The notes beneath the pieces were generated by a model that did not search any database, was not told the origin of the DNA, and saw nothing but the letters and a program-made list of their open reading frames with translations. Position numbers and translations under genes: made by a program. Source: Patescibacteria group bacterium UBA1396 (GTDB taxonomy: Bacteria; Patescibacteriota; Microgenomatia; UBA1400; UBA1396). Taken from it: a stretch of DNA of 64,000 bases. The stretch covers positions 47,676 through 111,675 of the forward strand of contig DBQK01000007.1 in the NCBI GenBank assembly GCA_002305195.1, read 5' to 3'. Below, piece after piece: positions 58,232 through 64,000 of the stretch. How positions within the stretch are numbered: the stretch's first letter is position 1; each line of letters opens with the position of its first letter.

Positions 58232-58585
58232 TCAAAAAGTATCGCTGTATAGAACAGTACCATCAGGTACTTCATACACGTATCTTTTAACTGCAGGACC
58301 ACCTACAGGTAGACCATCAATGTCGTAAAAGATGCCCCAACTTTCACCCGTCACTTCTTCGGTGCAGTTTGGAAATAATTTTTTAAAAAGATCTGGTGCA
58401 AGACACATTCTATGCCTTAGTGCTTCAACAATTTCTGCTTGAGCGTCCAAACAATACTCAACAAATTCTTGATCATTTCTTATTTTTCTTAAATTACGTT
58501 CAAAGTGTCTCTTTCTTTTGGAGCCGTTTTTTCTGTTACATCTTTTGGTAAATTTTCTTTTGTCATAGCATCTGGATTCTACCAA
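58232..58585 (-). CDS. hypothetical protein with highly basic N-terminus (start uncertain)
   Basis: 117-aa ORF beginning with TTG. The first in-frame ATG is at codon 60. There is no SD. The C-terminal half looks protein-like (GESWGIFYDIDGLPVGGPAVKRYVYEV). Confidence 0.35.
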   Translation of the reverse strand: MVESRCYDKRKFTKRCNRKNGSKRKRHFERNLRKIRNDQEFVEYCLDAQAEIVEALRHRMCLAPDLFKKLFPNCTEEVTGESWGIFYDIDGLPVGGPAVKRYVYEVPDGTVLYSDTF

Positions 58586-58667
58586 AAGAGTCAGTTATTT
58601 ACTAATTCCTACATTTGACCCGAAATTAAGTTTAAATAAATAGTTAAAACCAAAAACAAACATAAAT

Positions 58668-59270
58668 TTAATACAATTTTTCTATCAGTCCAGCTCCGGG
58701 AAGTGCAAATCCAGGACGAGTAAGCTTATTGAAATGTTCATTAGCCAAATCTTGTCTTGGCTTAGATTCAAGATAGTTTTTTATCAACTCTCTAATGTTG
58801 GTTGGTGTAGTTTTTACAAATTCTTCTCGTTCAAAATCCGCAGCAGTATAAGATCTTTTTTCGTCCAAATCTTCTGCTAGTAATTTTTGATAAAGAGAAA
58901 ACTTGACTGAATTAAGGAATGTTAGAAAAATAGGACTGTCGTTACCAGAGTTAACCATTACTTCAAAAATTTTAAACTCGTTGTCATTGATGTGTTCTTT
59001 AACAAAACCATCTCTTTTTCCGACAATTTTGATAATGGTTTGGAAAACAATATCGTCAACTGAGCTAAATGCTTGAACAATGATATCCCCGCCCATAATT
59101 AAAGCTGTGGTCCCCTTTCGTCTATTTGGCAACTGTACAACTCCGGCGGCTCTTATTATTGTTTGAGCTTGATCTAGAATTTCTTGCTCTCTGCCTTTAA
59201 TTGCTTCTGCTAGTGAGGGATCGTATGGCTTAACATTTTCTGGAAAATATCGATTTAATAGTTCACTCAT
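58668..59270 (-). CDS. hypothetical protein (orphan, defence-island context)
   Basis: 200-aa ORF with ATG start. No recognised motif. Confidence 0.5.
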   Translation of the reverse strand: MSELLNRYFPENVKPYDPSLAEAIKGREQEILDQAQTIIRAAGVVQLPNRRKGTTALIMGGDIIVQAFSSVDDIVFQTIIKIVGKRDGFVKEHINDNEFKIFEVMVNSGNDSPIFLTFLNSVKFSLYQKLLAEDLDEKRSYTAADFEREEFVKTTPTNIRELIKNYLESKPRQDLANEHFNKLTRPGFALPGAGLIEKLY

Positions 59271-59430
59271 AATTAAATTATACTTGTATTAATCAATTTA
59301 CAAAAAAATTTTTTTAGTTTTTAAATATTTTTAAAATATTTTTTTGAAAGCGTAATAAAAACACGATCGTTTTCTAACGGTGTGGACGGTGAAGGAGACG
59401 AGCCGATTCCCAGCTTCTTACTAAGCTAAA

Positions 59431-60093
59431 CTACTTCAGCAGATTGCTGTTATCTACAAGTTGTTTAAAAATATCTCTTATTGCAAAATAAAATGCATTC
59501 ATTGAGAACTGAATATCTCCAATCTCTTCTCCCGTTTCAGCATCATCCAACTCTAAACACTCAAAACCATTTGTGTTGACGGTGTAGGAAACCAACATTT
59601 TTTTAGTAAATAAGTAATCGGTTCCTCTTTCTTTTTCATAAGAATGGGCAAGATGGTCCCTAATAAAAGTAACATCTGTTAATAATTCATCGAAATCATT
59701 ATTGATCTTCACCCTTGTGTTTTTCTTGACTAGTTCCAGAAATGACTTAGCATTTAAAAAGAAAACCAGAATCGAGGCAGTGGCAATACTTTCATATCGC
59801 TGTAACATTGTAGTCTGTTTTTTCTTGGTCGAAGACTCACTGGTAACTAAATCTTTTAAATTCTTTTTTGCTTCTTTGAGCTCCTTGAAACTGTACACAA
59901 TCTGACTAGCATTTGTAAGTAAGTTAAACAGATAATATTTCTTCCCAATTTTGGTATTTTCTGAGTTGATAGTAGCAAAAGTTGCAATAAGGTTGTCAAA
60001 GTCATCGATTTTCTCATCGCAAATATCATGCAGTGATTTGAGCTGCTTTCTTTGATCTTCCTTAGGGGTAATTATGGGTATACAGTATTTCAT
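59431..60093 (-). CDS. hypothetical helical protein with candidate HEPN Rx4H motif
   Basis: 220 aa, predicted all-alpha by composition. VTFIRDHLAHSYE contains R-x4-H in the position typical of HEPN ribonuclease domains. It is adjacent to an RM gene. Confidence 0.4.
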   Translation of the reverse strand: MKYCIPIITPKEDQRKQLKSLHDICDEKIDDFDNLIATFATINSENTKIGKKYYLFNLLTNASQIVYSFKELKEAKKNLKDLVTSESSTKKKQTTMLQRYESIATASILVFFLNAKSFLELVKKNTRVKINNDFDELLTDVTFIRDHLAHSYEKERGTDYLFTKKMLVSYTVNTNGFECLELDDAETGEEIGDIQFSMNAFYFAIRDIFKQLVDNSNLLK

Positions 60094-60239
60094 AAATCAG
60101 GAGGTATATTTTTTGCTCCGCTCTCTTTGCTATCTTGTAGTTTTAAATAGCTCACCTCACCTTGGTTAAAGTAAATGTATGTGAAATAAATTCCACTTTA
60201 ATTACCTTGAGCCAATATTTAGTTTTGAGCCTTTATTAA

Positions 60240-63200
60240 TCATATAAACTTATCAATTTCCTTCATAACCTTATCCGTTTCAGTTAGAGCAACAATGATT
60301 TTTTGATAATGCTCAATGTCTGAATTGGTAAGGGTTGTGTCCTTACGATCCTTTAGCCATTTCTGTGCTGGCTGATAACCACCAATCCAAAAATTCCAAG
60401 CTACTTCGGGAACGTTGCCAAAATATTGAGTTTCGTTAATGAAAACATTTCCATCTTTATAAACTGGTTTGTCTACCAGGTCAGAACCCGGCTCTGGGTA
60501 GGTAGTTATGTACTCACTTACTTCTGGCGACTCCAGCAAATGCAACTGGCGAAGCTTATTGCCTAGTTTGATTAGTTTGGCGAATGACTTTTTATCTTTG
60601 GGGTAAGGAACTCTTGGGAAGCCCAACTTCATGAAATTGTTATATTTCTCTCTATAGCTTGGGGAATAAAGTACGGCATAAATGTAACTCAAAATATCCT
60701 CTGGATCTACCAGACCTATTGTTTTTTCTATTTCATTTTTAATTTTAGGTTTAAAATTTGAAGCTTTAGTATTGTCTTTGTAAATAAATAAAGGAAAAAC
60801 AGCTGACTGAGTACTAGATTCTCCTAACTTAGCTTCTGTTAAATATTTTGATACGTAAAAATGATCTGCCTCAGGATTTTTATTTGACCTAGCTGTCACT
60901 AATCCAATATTCTTACCAACTATAAAATTCTTCATTACTTCTTTTCTCGATCTCTCAATAAAATCATCATGGTAATAAATAAACCTGGTATCAAATGGGC
61001 GATAGCTGATGGGAATGATGTTCTTCTCGTCAAATTCGTGTTTTAAAGCATCAACGATTTTCCACTTCTTGTTTTCCCTGAGATTAAATTTAGCTTTGGC
61101 CTCTTGAGGGCTCTGACAACGCAAGAATTCCTGAATTCTATTGGCTAATACCTTTTTGCTGGTATCAATCACAAAACTATCTCTAGAAGTAACCACACCC
61201 ACACTTGAAACAGGAAATAGCTCATTGATTGAAAAGCCCTGATTATATTCCGCTAATTTCTTCTCATCACGCTTTACCCAGACATAGTTAGGTCCCGATG
61301 GCTTCAGAGCTGTCCACTTTACGGTATTGATCAAATTATCATTCAGATATTTAAATTTAGCCTGTCTTTTGCCATACAGATCTGTAGAGTAAACTTGAGC
61401 TAAATCTGTTTTACTTTCCTTCTTTTTAACTCCAAAGAAGATAGATACTCCAGTTTTGATATTAAACACATTTTTATCTTCTCCACCATCAGGAGCTTTT
61501 TCTTTCTTGTTGGTGTTACCGTGTAAGTCCAAAACATAAATCTCATCAAACGTTTTCATTAAATGCCAACGCATTCCTCTAAAAGTAGGGTTGTCGATAT
61601 AGCCGTGAGCAGTAATCATAGCTACAACTCCCTCACCAGTTTTCTCAACCATACTCTCGGCAAATCGAATGAATTTGACGTAATCATCGTTAAGCCATTT
61701 GGAGTTTCTTTCTTGCAGCCTGCCTCCACCCGGTTCAACCTTATAAACATCATTGCCGTTGTATTGGGCATTGCTTGATTCACCGGAATATGGTGGATTG
61801 CCAATTACCACCATGATTGGAGTTTTATTTTTAATAACAGCAGCCTCTTTTGATTCCTCAGCAATGCTCTCAGCCAAACCGAAAGCTGTAAATAATTCCT
61901 CTTGCTTAGTCGTTTCCTCTAAAGAATTTGTTAGGTAGATGCCAAGACGCCGGTTAAAGTATTTAAAACCCGTTTCTCTAAAGGCCATTGCCAATTTCAG
62001 ATGCGAAATCGTATAAGGAGCCATCATCAACTCAAAACCGTGAATTCTTGGAAGAAGGTCATTGTGGACGTATTTAGGCCAACGCCCTTTTTGACCAGAC
62101 TTAAGTAACCGGGCATAAATTATCCGAATGACGGCGCTGATAAAAGTACCAGTACCAACCGCTGGATCAAGCACTTGAACTCGGTGTAAATCCTTGGCAG
62201 TCTTGGTGGTATCGGTTAAGCCGCCACTCAACTTGAATTTATTTTTTAACAAGTAATCCACTGATTGAGCAATAAACATCACCACCGGTAAAGGAGTGTA
62301 GTAAGCTCCCATCTTTTTTCTCAAATCAGGGTCGTATTCTTTCAAAAAGTCTTCATAAAAATGAATCACTGGGTCAGGTCCTCTGTGTTCTTCGCCAAAC
62401 AAATCCTTCTGGTAATAGTCTTTCATTAATTTTTCGACATCAGCATGAGAAAAAACTTCGCACAGTTCATTCACAATATATTCAAGCCGTTTATCAAAAT
62501 TTGGTCCAACAATATGATCAAAGAAATGTCTCAATAAAGGGTTTGACTTAGGAATGAGGTCTCTGGCTTCCTGTCTGGTAAAGTCTGACGGACTATCGTC
62601 ATAAAACCGCGCCACGAATAAGCCATAAACTAGGGTTTGAGCATACATATCGGCAAAAGCTTCTTTACTGAGATCGTGAACCAATAATTTCTTAATGGTT
62701 TCATAAACACGAAACAGCTCAGAGTTTCTTTCTGTCTCACTGGCTAAAAACTGGCGGACATTATCCCGAATACGCTGGGCTTTACCTCCCATGATTTTGG
62801 AAAGGTGCCTACCTGATTTAATTGGCACTTTATGAGATTGAGTAAAATCAATTAGTGTCTTGGCTAAATATTCATAAGAATCTGGATAAGGAGATAACGA
62901 CCGGCTCGTTTTATCATATTCAGCAATCTTAATTGGCTCACCGTAAGGTAAACCATTTCTGTAAAAACGAAACTCTACATAATCAGTTAATACCAGATTG
63001 GCATAACCAAAGTACCGAGACATTTGTTCAGATTTTTCAATCTTATCGAGTGAAACCCCGATATCCTTTGTCTCGATGTAAAGGATGGGAACATCATCTT
63101 TTATAACAACAAAATCGGGTTTGTTGCCCTGTTTTGCTTTAGCGTCATGATCAAAGCGAGAAATATTTATCGACTCAAAGATGCCTTTTAGCAACAACTC

Positions 63201-63299
63201 GAAATCTGTTCTATAACCATACTCACTTGTTTCTTCATGAGCATACTTAGTAGTAATCGAATTGATATAGTTTTGTACAAATTTCTTTGCCATGGTCAT
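60240..63299 (-). CDS. type IIG (single-chain) restriction endonuclease / N6-adenine DNA methyltransferase
   Basis: N-terminal PD-(D/E)xK region KPDFVVIKDDVPILYIETKD. MTase motifs GAYYTPLPVV, VLDPAVGTGTF (motif I) and VIGNPPYSGES (motif IV, NPPY). C-terminal FPRVPYP...GGYQPAQKWLKDRK is typical of the type-ISP/IIG C-terminal specificity domain. Confidence 0.8.
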   Translation of the reverse strand: MTMAKKFVQNYINSITTKYAHEETSEYGYRTDFELLLKGIFESINISRFDHDAKAKQGNKPDFVVIKDDVPILYIETKDIGVSLDKIEKSEQMSRYFGYANLVLTDYVEFRFYRNGLPYGEPIKIAEYDKTSRSLSPYPDSYEYLAKTLIDFTQSHKVPIKSGRHLSKIMGGKAQRIRDNVRQFLASETERNSELFRVYETIKKLLVHDLSKEAFADMYAQTLVYGLFVARFYDDSPSDFTRQEARDLIPKSNPLLRHFFDHIVGPNFDKRLEYIVNELCEVFSHADVEKLMKDYYQKDLFGEEHRGPDPVIHFYEDFLKEYDPDLRKKMGAYYTPLPVVMFIAQSVDYLLKNKFKLSGGLTDTTKTAKDLHRVQVLDPAVGTGTFISAVIRIIYARLLKSGQKGRWPKYVHNDLLPRIHGFELMMAPYTISHLKLAMAFRETGFKYFNRRLGIYLTNSLEETTKQEELFTAFGLAESIAEESKEAAVIKNKTPIMVVIGNPPYSGESSNAQYNGNDVYKVEPGGGRLQERNSKWLNDDYVKFIRFAESMVEKTGEGVVAMITAHGYIDNPTFRGMRWHLMKTFDEIYVLDLHGNTNKKEKAPDGGEDKNVFNIKTGVSIFFGVKKKESKTDLAQVYSTDLYGKRQAKFKYLNDNLINTVKWTALKPSGPNYVWVKRDEKKLAEYNQGFSINELFPVSSVGVVTSRDSFVIDTSKKVLANRIQEFLRCQSPQEAKAKFNLRENKKWKIVDALKHEFDEKNIIPISYRPFDTRFIYYHDDFIERSRKEVMKNFIVGKNIGLVTARSNKNPEADHFYVSKYLTEAKLGESSTQSAVFPLFIYKDNTKASNFKPKIKNEIEKTIGLVDPEDILSYIYAVLYSPSYREKYNNFMKLGFPRVPYPKDKKSFAKLIKLGNKLRQLHLLESPEVSEYITTYPEPGSDLVDKPVYKDGNVFINETQYFGNVPEVAWNFWIGGYQPAQKWLKDRKDTTLTNSDIEHYQKIIVALTETDKVMKEIDKFI

Positions 63300-63344
63300 T
63301 TACATTCTTATTTTGAACTATTCAAATTTTTCGAATAGTTAATA

Positions 63345-63998
63345 CTACTTCTTTTCACTTTCAGCCAACTGCTTGACTGAATCATCTTTACCTAACCTTA
63401 AACTCCTAGCATTTGCGGAAGTAACCACACTTCTACCAGTCTGCCTCTCGATCTCTTTTCTTGCCACACCAGCAACCCCGCCGCCTTCTCTGGCTATTTG
63501 CTTATTCTGTTCTAAACCCTGGGGTTTCTTCTTTTTGGAAATTTCAGTAGTTGAGGCCTCAGCCAACATGTTCAAAACTAACTCAAGCGTAGACATATTG
63601 TCACGAAGATTTTCCTTCTTCAGACCTTTAAGCCGCTTATAGTCTTTAACCGACCTTTCTGCCCATGCCCTAGTAATTTCATCGGTCAAGATAGCAAACT
63701 CCAGGCCTTCTTTCATACCCCTGCCTTGCCACTCATCTGTTAATTCTTTTCTAACCTCGATACTCTTGAGCCTCTGGTTAATCCACTCTTTGGAATACCC
63801 TTTTTGGAGATATGTCTTCATGGCTCTGTCTATAGCAAGCTCAGGATCAGCGGTTTCTTCAATCCGCTCATAACCCACCTTTGCCAACCAAAGCTTAAAT
63901 GGCTCAGCCTTGGGAGAGGGAATAGACTGAATCAAACGCAACATGGTTCTGGTATCAGCGACGTCAGTTGAATAGTATTTGCCGTCAGACGCTTTCAT
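63345..63998 (-). CDS. Bro-N/antirepressor-family-like protein, C-terminal part (probably continues beyond the window)
   Basis: KAEPFKLWLAKVGYERIEE...NLRDNMSTLELVLNMLAEASTTEISKKKKPQGLEQNKQIAREGGGVAGVARKEIERQTGRSVVTS resembles C-terminal regions of proteins annotated as Bro-N domain/phage antirepressor. The first Met is the first complete codon at the window edge. Confidence 0.45.
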   Translation of the reverse strand: MKASDGKYYSTDVADTRTMLRLIQSIPSPKAEPFKLWLAKVGYERIEETADPELAIDRAMKTYLQKGYSKEWINQRLKSIEVRKELTDEWQGRGMKEGLEFAILTDEITRAWAERSVKDYKRLKGLKKENLRDNMSTLELVLNMLAEASTTEISKKKKPQGLEQNKQIAREGGGVAGVARKEIERQTGRSVVTSANARSLRLGKDDSVKQLAESEKK

Positions 63999-64000
63999 TT

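Noticed and set aside
60094-60239. AGGAGG followed by a TTG-initiated 18-codon plus-strand ORF in the RM-HEPN spacer
   Set aside because: It is very short, has a non-ATG start and shows no supporting feature. It is more likely a chance SD-like sequence within the promoter region of the minus-strand gene.
60240-63299. BREX PglX or type ISP enzyme
   Set aside because: No PglZ, BrxC or BrxL-like genes and no helicase/translocase domain are present. An N-terminal PD-(D/E)xK motif is present, which favours type IIG. Genes beyond 64000 cannot be excluded.
1-64000. Alternative genetic code (UGA recoding as in some candidate phyla)
   Set aside because: TGA terminates several well-delimited genes (the rhodanese-DUF1573 gene, the type IIG enzyme, the ORF upstream of dinB). 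Conserved genes are full length under the standard code.
1-64000. CRISPR arrays, rRNA genes, transposases or integrases
   Set aside because: No regularly spaced direct repeats, no rRNA signatures and no recombinase motifs were found on reading both strands.

Overview
This is an AT-rich, very gene-dense bacterial chromosomal segment with most genes on the minus strand. Spacers are tiny and stop/start overlaps are frequent. GC content was judged by eye and not computed. Standard code 11 fits, because TGA is used as a stop and conserved genes are intact. The gene content looks like a Candidate Phyla Radiation / Patescibacteria-type, Gram-positive-like genome. This is an inference from two sortases plus an LPETG protein, a trigger factor with no room for a PPIase domain, a short AlaRS, a short RNase P RNA, DUF3048 and ComM/YifB.

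The housekeeping backbone includes thrS (partial), tig, greA, secDF, hpf, dtd, pyrFE, trmD, rnpB, uppP, htrA, ctp, rpsF-ssb-rpsR, ychF, mltG, ruvX, alaS, argS, a glutamate dehydrogenase and dinB. There are also tRNA-Val(GAC) and tRNA-Glu(CUC).

Four regions stand out:
1. A tightly coupled minus-strand operon at 36.3-41.6 kb. A CcdA/DsbD-like thiol-transport membrane domain is fused to a CopB-type (CPH, His-rich) P1B ATPase. It is preceded by two DUF1573 proteins, an exported rhodanese, a Cys-motif orphan and an unannotated 37-aa Met-rich peptide.
2. A 15-nt near-palindromic operator core shared between that operon's promoter and the promoter/start codon of an ArsR-YHS metalloregulator 24 kb away. 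This implies a copper-responsive regulon.
3. A divergent Elp3 (radical-SAM/GNAT) plus Trm9-like methyltransferase pair at 48.6-51.2 kb. This is an archaeal/eukaryotic-style (m)cm5U34 wobble-modification module in a bacterium.
4. A more AT-rich terminal island at 58.2-64 kb. It carries a single-chain type IIG restriction-modification enzyme, a candidate HEPN (Rx4H) protein, two orphan ORFs and a Bro/antirepressor-like gene fragment.

Smaller items include an unannotated GC-rich KGG-repeat small ORF, a perfect 42-bp palindrome, an attenuator-like leader in a 414-nt spacer and a candidate rpsF leader structure. No CRISPR array, rRNA, transposase or integrase was seen.
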